From IMG/VR virus record IMGVR_UViG_3300032320_000688, positions 1 through 26,264 of that record: DNA of 26,264 nucleotides; one strand, given 5' to 3'. Under the pieces are notes generated by a model, which saw only the letters and a program-made list of their open reading frames with translations, was not told the origin of the DNA and did not search any database. Position numbers and translations under genes: made by a program. Below are positions 1 to 6,563 of this stretch, in pieces; position 1 is the stretch's first letter; every line of letters begins with the position of its first letter. Source of the DNA: a virus (Duplodnaviria > Caudoviricetes).

Positions 1-158
1 TGATAACAGGTAATACAACAATAACAGGTTCATTGATACTAACAGGTAGTCTAAGTATGTCTTTACAAACAGGCACTCCTGGGAATACTATGACACCTAA
101 TGGATACTATAGAGCTACCATAAATGGAGCAGCTGTATTTATTCCTTTTTATGTATAA
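1..158 (+). CDS. 3' end of a probable tail fibre/structural protein (partial)
   Basis: Frame from position 3 is open to TAA at 156-158: ITGNTTITGSLILTGSLSMSLQTGTPGNTMTPNGYYRATINGAAVFIPFYV*. TGS-type repeats and a hydrophobic/aromatic C-terminus are typical of phage fibre ends. Not in the ORF track. Confidence 0.6.
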   Translation, partial: ITGNTTITGSLILTGSLSMSLQTGTPGNTMTPNGYYRATINGAAVFIPFYV

Positions 159-184
159 ATAAACTTATTAATAAAAATAATATA

Positions 185-496
185 ATGGAAATAACAATTA
201 CAAAAGTAGCAACCAAGATAAGATGGTATATGCTAAACTACCCAGTGAGTACAGTAAGTTACTATGAACTACAGACCGAAAGTGGAGAAATGATTAGTAA
301 CGGGAATATGACTATACCCCAAGAAGTAATAGATATATGGGGAACAGATGATAGTGTGATAGAGAATTATATAATAGGACAACTTAATACAAACAACAAT
401 GAAATATCTTTGCCTGAAGAATCAACACTACTTCCTACCGAGCCTACCGAGATTATATTGGAAGAAGAAAGTATACCACTGGGAAGTAATCTTTAA
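185..496 (+). CDS. Hypothetical protein, possibly tail-fibre associated, with acidic C-terminal extension
   Basis: 103-aa ORF with A-rich leader directly after the fibre-like gene; its last 98 bp overlap the next gene. Confidence 0.6.
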   Translation: MEITITKVATKIRWYMLNYPVSTVSYYELQTESGEMISNGNMTIPQEVIDIWGTDDSVIENYIIGQLNTNNNEISLPEESTLLPTEPTEIILEEESIPLGSNL

Positions 497-881
497 TGAA
501 AACTGTGCCTATGATCTACAAAATGAAGATCAACTAGATTGGAATAAACTAGTTGGTGTATCTCAACATTTTAATCCTAGACTCAACAGTCTAAGATTTG
601 TTTGGAGGTATAATCTAGAAACTAAACTAATAGAAATAGGCGTGTATTCTGAGAAGAATTATGTGTTTGAATACAAACTATTAACCTCGGTAAAACCCAC
701 GGAGAAACTCAATCTAACAATGTATTTTCAAAATTCTACAGCACTTGTAATAGCTAATACTAAAGCACAGACCGTACCCTATGTCTTAGATAAGAATTTG
801 ACTATAAGAGCTAACCCATACTTTGGAGGCAATCGTAGAGCACCTCATTGTATGACTCTAAGTCTTAAAAAGATTGATTAG
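399..881 (+). CDS. Hypothetical phage protein
   Basis: 160-aa ORF with an A-rich leader (aaacaacaATG) and protein-like motifs DWNKLVG, NSLRFVWR and PYFGGN..APH. Confidence 0.7.
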   Translation: MKYLCLKNQHYFLPSLPRLYWKKKVYHWEVIFNENCAYDLQNEDQLDWNKLVGVSQHFNPRLNSLRFVWRYNLETKLIEIGVYSEKNYVFEYKLLTSVKPTEKLNLTMYFQNSTALVIANTKAQTVPYVLDKNLTIRANPYFGGNRRAPHCMTLSLKKID

Positions 882-883
882 AT

Positions 884-916
884 TTGGCTGTTTAATACTT
901 TTATTATATATTTATA
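884..916 (+). promoter_or_regulatory. Bipartite promoter TTGG-N19-TATATTTATA
   Basis: TTGG at 884-887 and TATATT at 907-912, 19-nt spacer; same spacing at four other sites in the window. Confidence 0.7.
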
Positions 917-933
917 TACATAAATTATAAAAC

Positions 934-1152
934 ATGATTATATTTAGTATCTTATTCGGATTATTGATTGCTACTTTGCTAATGATTAACATATACATCG
1001 TAAAAGGTTCGGCAGAAGTTAATGAAGAAACAACATCCGAAATAATAATTGTATCAACAACACCTCCGTCTGCTCCTGTATTAACAACTCCAACAGTAGT
1101 TGAAAAACCAAAACGTAAGAAGAAAGATGTTAAAGATAGTGGAAATAGCTAA
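934..1152 (+). CDS. Small membrane-anchored protein
   Basis: N-terminal hydrophobic helix (IIFSILFGLLIATLLMINIYIV), Thr/Pro-rich linker and basic tail; lies just after the promoter. Confidence 0.65.
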   Translation: MIIFSILFGLLIATLLMINIYIVKGSAEVNEETTSEIIIVSTTPPSAPVLTTPTVVEKPKRKKKDVKDSGNS

Positions 1153-1360
1153 AGCATGAATTGCTGCTGCTAATCCTACTCCAGAGCAAGAAGCAGTTGC
1201 TTTACATCGTATTAAAATATGTGAACAATGTCCTAGCAGAGAATATGCAAAAATGTTTAATGAACATATATGTGGAGAGTGTGGTTGCCCGTTAAACAAA
1301 AAAATATTCAGTCCTGTAGAAGGATCTAAGGCATGTCCTTTACAAAAATGGAAATATTAA
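1127..1360 (+). pseudogene. Cys-rich putative metal-binding protein interrupted by an in-frame TGA (pseudogene, read-through, or base error)
   Basis: ATG 1127, TGA at codon 11 (1157-1159), TAA 1358-1360: MLKIVEIAKA*IAAANPTPEQEAVALHRIKICEQCP...ICGECGCPLNKK...CPLQKWKY. It fills the gap between flanking genes. Missed by the ORF track. Confidence 0.7.
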
Positions 1361-1376
1361 AACAACAATAAATTTT

Positions 1377-1625
1377 ATGGCACAATTAACAACAGAAGAG
1401 TTACAACAAATCAAAGACCTACAAACACAATACAATAAAAATGTATTTGAATTAGGCAGCATTGAAGCACAGTTACAGGGATTAACTAAAGTTAAAACAG
1501 AAGTTGTGGAATCATTAACGCAATTAGGTGAACTAGAAAAACAACTAGTAGAAGATCTTCAAACAAAATACGGCGCAGGAAACATAGACATCCAAACCGG
1601 AGAAATTACCCCTGTACAAGCATAA
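1377..1625 (+). CDS. Small coiled-coil hypothetical protein
   Basis: 82 aa with Leu/Gln/Glu heptad pattern, ending KYGAGNIDIQTGEI; A-rich leader. Confidence 0.8.
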   Translation: MAQLTTEELQQIKDLQTQYNKNVFELGSIEAQLQGLTKVKTEVVESLTQLGELEKQLVEDLQTKYGAGNIDIQTGEITPVQA

Positions 1626-1663
1626 TAAATCTGGTCTGACTCTGCATTTTGTGGATATTTGTT

Positions 1664-1673
1664 GATATTTATT
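1664..1673 (+). promoter_or_regulatory. ATATTTAT promoter-like motif upstream of tail sheath
   Basis: GATATTTATT about 35 nt before the ATG at 1708; the motif recurs before many genes. Confidence 0.55.
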
Positions 1674-1707
1674 GTAGAATAATAATTAATCAAAACAAAT
1701 AAAAACA

Positions 1708-3432
1708 ATGAGTGAAGTAATTCTATCTCCAGGTGTCTTTCAAATAGAGTCAGACCAGAGTTTATACACACAAGCACCTCCAGCTTTAGGTGCAGCTATA
1801 GTGGGACCAACAGTAAAAGGTCGTCCATTCGTACCAACTTATGTTACTACTTATAGTCAATATTTATCACTATTTGGTGATGTATTTAAAAGTGGTAGCT
1901 ATTACTATGAATATTTTACATCACAAGCTGCTAAAGAATACTTTAACAACGGTGGTAAATCACTATTAGTAACAAGAATCATTAGTGGTAGTGGTACAGC
2001 AGGTACATATGCAACATCAAACATACCTATGTCTGGTTCTGCAACTACTTCATTTCAACTTGAAACATTAGCTTGGGGAGATACACAAAATAATACCTCT
2101 AGTTTATCTGCTGGAGCTTTAGCAAGTGGTTCTGCTTATAATGTTCGTTGGGAAGTAACAAACGTACAAACAGGTAGTGGTACATTTACAATTGTAGTTC
2201 GTCGTGGTGATGATAATACTTCTCAAACTAATATTTTAGAAACATGGGCAAACGTAAGTTTAGATCCACAATTACCTAACTATATTTCTCGTGTTATTGG
2301 TGATTTAAAACCAGTATACGTAGCTGCTACAGGCACAAGTAATGCTTATATAAATTATACAGGAACATATGCAAACGCTTCTCAATATGTTCGTATTTCA
2401 TCTGTAACTACTCCAAACGTAGATTCAATAGATAATAACGGTAACTATAAAACAGGTTCATATGCTTCTACTTTACCTGCAGTAGGTAGTGGTTCATATG
2501 GTGGTTCGTTTAGTGGTGGTGTAGCTGACACTAATCAGCCTAAATTGATGAATGAAAATATTACTACAAGTAATATTCAAGGTTTTGCACCTACAGATTA
2601 CATTATTGCATTTTCTCTATTATCAAATAAAGACGAATATCCATATAATATTTTAATGGCTCCAGGTGCTGGATTAGATACTACAGCTGCATCAACAATG
2701 ATAGCAACTGCTGAAAATAGAGGTGATGCAATTGCAATAACAAGTACTGGAGTGTATAATACTTCAATAGTTGCTGCTACTCAAGCTGCTGCTGGTCAAT
2801 CAAGTAACTACGCTGCTACTTATTATCCTTGGGTTCAATTATACTCAACTGGATTAGGTAAAGCAGTATGGTGTCCTCCAACAGTAGTAATCGGTGGTGT
2901 ATTAGCATTTAACGACCAAGTAGGTGCTGAATGGTTTGCTCCAGCTGGTCTTAACAGAGGTGGTGTTCCATCAGTATTACGTGCAGAACGTAGATTACAA
3001 CAAACAGATAGAGATACTTTATATACAGGTAATGTTAACCCATTAGCAACATTCCCAGGAACTGGAGTATGCGTTTGGGGTCAAAAGACATTACAACGTA
3101 AACCAACATCATTAGATAGAGTAAATGTAAGAAGATTATTAATCGCTCTTAAAGGATTTATTGGTGAAGTTGCTCGTAATTTAGTATTTGAACAAAATAC
3201 AACAGTAACAAGAAACGCATTCTTATCAAGAGTTAATCCATACTTATCATCAGTAGTACAACGTCAAGGTTTATACGCTTATAAAGTAGTAATGGACGAA
3301 ACAAATAATACAGCTGATGTTGTTGATAGAAACCAATTAGTAGGTCAAATCTATATTCAACCAACTAAGACTGCTGAATTTATCATTCTTAATTATAACA
3401 TTCTTCCAACTGGAGCTACGTTCAGTGCATAA
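1708..3432 (+). CDS. Tail sheath protein
   Basis: N-terminal SPGVFQIESD and GPTVKG; C-terminal WFAPAGLNRG, WGQKTL, RVNVRRLLI and IYIQPTKTAEFI are hallmark sheath motifs. Confidence 0.97.
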   Translation: MSEVILSPGVFQIESDQSLYTQAPPALGAAIVGPTVKGRPFVPTYVTTYSQYLSLFGDVFKSGSYYYEYFTSQAAKEYFNNGGKSLLVTRIISGSGTAGTYATSNIPMSGSATTSFQLETLAWGDTQNNTSSLSAGALASGSAYNVRWEVTNVQTGSGTFTIVVRRGDDNTSQTNILETWANVSLDPQLPNYISRVIGDLKPVYVAATGTSNAYINYTGTYANASQYVRISSVTTPNVDSIDNNGNYKTGSYASTLPAVGSGSYGGSFSGGVADTNQPKLMNENITTSNIQGFAPTDYIIAFSLLSNKDEYPYNILMAPGAGLDTTAASTMIATAENRGDAIAITSTGVYNTSIVAATQAAAGQSSNYAATYYPWVQLYSTGLGKAVWCPPTVVIGGVLAFNDQVGAEWFAPAGLNRGGVPSVLRAERRLQQTDRDTLYTGNVNPLATFPGTGVCVWGQKTLQRKPTSLDRVNVRRLLIALKGFIGEVARNLVFEQNTTVTRNAFLSRVNPYLSSVVQRQGLYAYKVVMDETNNTADVVDRNQLVGQIYIQPTKTAEFIILNYNILPTGATFSA

Positions 3433-3446
3433 GGGTTGTAGCTTCT

Positions 3447-3456
3447 AATATTTATT
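3447..3456 (+). promoter_or_regulatory. ATATTTAT promoter-like motif upstream of tail tube
   Basis: AATATTTATT in the 49-nt sheath-tube spacer. Confidence 0.55.
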
Positions 3457-3481
3457 AATAGCAATAAAATAACAATAGAAA

Positions 3482-3970
3482 ATGGCAGTATTATCAGCAA
3501 ATGAAATAATGTTTACAGCGTTTGAACCTAAAGTATCAAATCGCTTTATCATGTATATAGACGGTATCCCGGCATATTTAATCAAAAAAGCATCGGCTCC
3601 AGGATTTAATGCAAATGAGATTATCTTAGATCACATCAACGTTTACCGTAAAGTAAAGGGCAAAGTTAGATGGGACGATATGGATCTAGAATTATACGAT
3701 CCAATCACTCCTTCAGGAGCACAATCAGTAATGGAATGGGCTCGTCTAGCACACGAATCTGTAACAGGTAGAGATGGTTATTCTGACTTTTATAAGAAAG
3801 ATATAACATTAGAAATCTTAGGTCCTGTAGGTGATATCGTTGGTGAATGGATTATTAAAGGAGCTTTTTGTAAAGTAGCAAAATTTGGTGATTATGATTG
3901 GTCTCAAGGAGAATCAGCAATATCATTAAATGTTACTTTAGCAATGGATTATTGTGTCTGCAATTTTTAA
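3482..3970 (+). CDS. Tail tube protein (T4 gp19-like)
   Basis: 162 aa directly after the sheath; FEPK..NRF, GKVRWDD, YKKDI.L, W.IKGAF and terminal L.MDY pattern. Confidence 0.93.
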   Translation: MAVLSANEIMFTAFEPKVSNRFIMYIDGIPAYLIKKASAPGFNANEIILDHINVYRKVKGKVRWDDMDLELYDPITPSGAQSVMEWARLAHESVTGRDGYSDFYKKDITLEILGPVGDIVGEWIIKGAFCKVAKFGDYDWSQGESAISLNVTLAMDYCVCNF

Positions 3971-3987
3971 AATACATTTATACTTCA

Positions 3988-4010
3988 CGCAATAGTCTAT
4001 TGCGGTTTTC
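3988..4010 (+). terminator. Possible intrinsic terminator after tail tube
   Basis: CGCAATA-GTC-TATTGCG stem-loop followed by GTTTTC (short U tract). Confidence 0.5.
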
Positions 4011-4053
4011 AATCCTTCTATATATTTATTGGTAACAATAAAATAGGAGGATT
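4011..4053 (+). promoter_or_regulatory. RBS-sequestering hairpin containing the promoter motif, upstream of an endonuclease gene
   Basis: AATCCTTCTAT (4011-4021) pairs with ATAGGAGGATT (4043-4053, one G-U). TTTATTG (4025-4031) pairs with CAATAAA (4036-4042) around a GTAA loop. AGGAGG (4045-4050) lies 7 nt before the ATG at 4058. Confidence 0.8.
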
Positions 4054-4057
4054 CTTT

Positions 4058-4813
4058 ATGGTACAATGTAATATATGTAATTTTGAAACAGATAGTGAAA
4101 TAAAACTAGCCAAACATATACAACACACCCATAAACTGAAAAAAACAGAATATGTAATTCAAACTAAATATAATAATATCCACCCAATATGTCTATGTGG
4201 GTGTGGGCAGCAAACACGCTATGAGGCTAATTTAAAGGATTACTGTAAATGGATACATGGACATCAAGCTAAAGTAGCAGGTCATTTTGGTGATCCTAAA
4301 GCAAAAAAACGCGTAGATGCTATTATAAAAACACGTAAAGCAAAATTTGAATCTGGGGAGTATGATCATATATTAAAATATGTATCTCAAAAACGTTCTA
4401 AAAAAATTACTGATAAAATCAGTAAAACTAAGAAAGAACAATGGGAAACTGGTAAAATAGGAAAAAAGAAATATAAACCATCTAAACTAGAAAAAACATT
4501 TGCTAATATATTAGATTTATTAGAAATAAAATATGAGACATCGTACTATGCTAAAGACATAAAAGCATTTTATGATATATACGTTCCAGAGCATAATATA
4601 TTAATAGAAGTAGATGGAGATTTTTGGCATACTAATCCTATTAAATACCCCAATGGTCCTGTAAGTAAATGTCAGTTTAAAAATAATATAAGAGATCAAC
4701 AAAAAACTAAATGGGCTCTAGATAACGGCTATAAATTATTACGCTTTTGGGAAAATGATATTAACAATAATATAAAACAAGTAAAACAAATTTTACTAAA
4801 TGAAACCAAATAA
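4058..4813 (+). CDS. Putative free-standing homing endonuclease, DUF559/Vsr-like nuclease with N-terminal zinc-binding motifs
   Basis: N-terminal CxxC..HxxxxH and CLCGCG; C-terminal S.LE, YDIY, IEVDGDFWH, RD..K and GYKLLRFWE motifs of DUF559/Vsr-like nucleases; located inside the tail operon. Confidence 0.8.
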   Translation: MVQCNICNFETDSEIKLAKHIQHTHKLKKTEYVIQTKYNNIHPICLCGCGQQTRYEANLKDYCKWIHGHQAKVAGHFGDPKAKKRVDAIIKTRKAKFESGEYDHILKYVSQKRSKKITDKISKTKKEQWETGKIGKKKYKPSKLEKTFANILDLLEIKYETSYYAKDIKAFYDIYVPEHNILIEVDGDFWHTNPIKYPNGPVSKCQFKNNIRDQQKTKWALDNGYKLLRFWENDINNNIKQVKQILLNETK

Positions 4814-5459
4814 TAAAGAAACAGTAAAACATCTCTATAACGAATATAAAGAACAGTATCTTAATGAAATATTTGAAACTCCTTTAGAATATAATCAAAT
4901 AGAGCCAACAAAATATCAAGTTGGTAACTTAGCAACATTTATCTTTAAACGAGAATATATATTTTCTGATGTGCCTTTTGATACAACTATGTATAAAATA
5001 CCCTTTTATTGGAGTATATCATGGATGTGGGATAATGAATTACCTGAAGAAGAAAAAACATTAACTAATTGGTTAAAAGTAATGTCTACTTCTTTCAAAA
5101 TTATAAATGATTTTATAAGACAAAAAGATTACCCATTAGTATTAGAATTTAGTGGACAAACAGAAACACACAAAAGAGTATACCATAATAAAGAATTTTT
5201 AGATAGATGGCAAATTTTATTTGGAGAAAAATATGAAATATTACTACATAAAGATCATATATGGTTTATAAATAAAAATATATCTAATAAAAACTTACAT
5301 AATGCCATAAAATTATCAGAACACTCTCAAATTAGTCTATCTAAAGCGGTAGAATATTGGAAATTTAAAAATAAAAGAGATGTGAAAGGGATAGCCCGTC
5401 ATGATATGATTAAAGAACAAATTAAACGAATTATATTAAAAAGAATGTATTTTAAATAA
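4800..5459 (+). CDS. Hypothetical protein (weakly similar to 23775..24326)
   Basis: 219-aa ORF overlapping the endonuclease end by 14 bp; no recognised domain. Confidence 0.8.
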   Translation: MKPNNKETVKHLYNEYKEQYLNEIFETPLEYNQIEPTKYQVGNLATFIFKREYIFSDVPFDTTMYKIPFYWSISWMWDNELPEEEKTLTNWLKVMSTSFKIINDFIRQKDYPLVLEFSGQTETHKRVYHNKEFLDRWQILFGEKYEILLHKDHIWFINKNISNKNLHNAIKLSEHSQISLSKAVEYWKFKNKRDVKGIARHDMIKEQIKRIILKRMYFK

Positions 5460-5461
5460 AA

Positions 5462-5494
5462 TTGGATAAATAAGTCTTTTTGCATATATTTATA
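5462..5494 (+). promoter_or_regulatory. Bipartite promoter TTGG-N19-TATATTTATA
   Basis: TTGG 5462-5465, TATATT 5485-5490, spacer 19 nt; ATG at 5520. Confidence 0.7.
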
Positions 5495-5519
5495 TACGCA
5501 ACAAAATAAAACACGTTAT

Positions 5520-6278
5520 ATGGCAGAATTAAAACTACCAACAGAGGTTATATCCTTACCGTCAAAAGGATTGTTATATCCAAAAGAATCACCATTATCT
5601 AAAGGTGAAATTGAAATGAGTTACATGACCGCTAAACATGAAGATATTCTTACGAATACAAACTTCATACGTCAGGGTACAGTAATTGATAAGTTATTAC
5701 AAGCATTAATTGTTACTCCATTTAATTATGATGAATTATTAATTGGTGATAAAAATGCAGTATTAGTAGCTGCTCGTATTTTAGGATATGGTCAAGAATA
5801 TACTTTTAAATACACAAATGAACGTGGACAAGAAGTAGAACAAACTGTAGACTTAGGTACACTCAATGAAAAACCGGTTGATGAAACGTTATTTAAAGGC
5901 GGAATAAACGAGTTTACCTTCACATTGCCTAAATCGGCGAATGTAGTTACTTTCAAGTTATTAACGCATGGAGACGAAAAGAAAATCGATGGTGAAATTA
6001 AAGGTTTACAAAAAATAAATCCACTATCAACAACAGATGTTACAACACGTCTTAAACATATTATTACATCAATTAATGGCGATAGGGATATCAAAAACGT
6101 ACGTGACTTTGTAGATAATTTCTTATTAGCACCCGACGCTAGAGCATTACGTGAATACTATAATAAAATTCAGCCAGATATAGATATGAAATTTATGCCT
6201 AATGATGAAAGTTATACAGGGGAGGGTATAGCAATACCAATCGGACTTAGCTTTTTTTGGCCTGACTCTGGAGTATAG
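5520..6278 (+). CDS. Baseplate hub/tail assembly chaperone (T4 gp26-like)
   Basis: LPSKG..YP, MTAKHEDIL, D.NAVLVAARILGYG, F.LP.S...TFKLLT..DE and terminal FFWP; lies between tube and tape measure. Confidence 0.85.
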   Translation: MAELKLPTEVISLPSKGLLYPKESPLSKGEIEMSYMTAKHEDILTNTNFIRQGTVIDKLLQALIVTPFNYDELLIGDKNAVLVAARILGYGQEYTFKYTNERGQEVEQTVDLGTLNEKPVDETLFKGGINEFTFTLPKSANVVTFKLLTHGDEKKIDGEIKGLQKINPLSTTDVTTRLKHIITSINGDRDIKNVRDFVDNFLLAPDARALREYYNKIQPDIDMKFMPNDESYTGEGIAIPIGLSFFWPDSGV

Positions 6279-6525
6279 ACCTGTTTTATTTAAACAAATA
6301 CATGAAATAGTATTTCATGGTAATGGTGGATACGATTGGGATACTATTTACAATATGCCTATTTGGTTACGTAGAACTACATTTAATTTATTAAGAGAAC
6401 ATTACGATAAGCAAAATGAAGAAGCTGAAAAACAACAAAATATGCTTAAAAATAAAGGTAAAAATGAAGTAGCGCGACCAAATATTCCTCAACCAACATA
6501 TACAACTAAGAAGGCATCTAAATAG
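6259..6525 (+). CDS. Second chaperone segment (gp51/GT-like), probably reached by frameshift at TTTTTTT 6252-6258
   Basis: The +1 frame is open from 6232 to TAG 6523-6525: (FF)GLTLEYRPVLFKQIHEIVFHGNGGYDWDTIYNMPIWLRR...ASK*. The first ATG is only at 6355, inside the protein-like block. Not in the ORF track. Confidence 0.75.
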   Translation, partial: GLTLEYRPVLFKQIHEIVFHGNGGYDWDTIYNMPIWLRRTTFNLLREHYDKQNEEAEKQQNMLKNKGKNEVARPNIPQPTYTTKKASK

Positions 6526-6537
6526 ATGCCTTTTTTT
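6511..6537 (+). terminator. Intrinsic terminator
   Basis: AAGGCATCT-AAAT-AGATGCC followed by T7 (6531-6537); overlaps the TAG of the frameshift segment. Confidence 0.85.
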
Positions 6538-6546
6538 ATATTTATA
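6537..6546 (+). promoter_or_regulatory. TATATTTATA promoter-like motif upstream of tape measure
   Basis: Motif begins at the end of the terminator U tract, 17 nt before the ATG at 6564. Confidence 0.6.
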
Positions 6547-6563
6547 CTATATACTAATACGAT

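Noticed and set aside
154-161. TATAAATA (T4 late promoter consensus) on the + strand
   Set aside because: Overlaps a stop codon in very AT-rich DNA and does not recur before the structural genes, unlike ATATTTAT.
1156-1173. Mini-ORF ATG AAT TGC TGC TGC TAA (MNCCC) overlapping the TGA
   Set aside because: Explained as the alternative frame of GCT-GCT-GCT alanine codons; no independent support.
1081-1299. Minus-strand 72-aa ORF
   Set aside because: Antisense shadow of the Cys-rich + strand frame 1127..1360, which has the protein-like motifs and matches the operon direction.
3412-3445. Inverted repeat GGAGCTACG / TGTAGCTTC across the sheath stop codon
   Set aside because: 16-nt loop, two G-U pairs and no U tract; too weak to call.
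6219-6226. GGGGAGGG as an SD-like frameshift stimulator
   Set aside because: About 25 nt upstream of the T run, too far for known SD-stimulated shifts, and it encodes the G-E-G residues.
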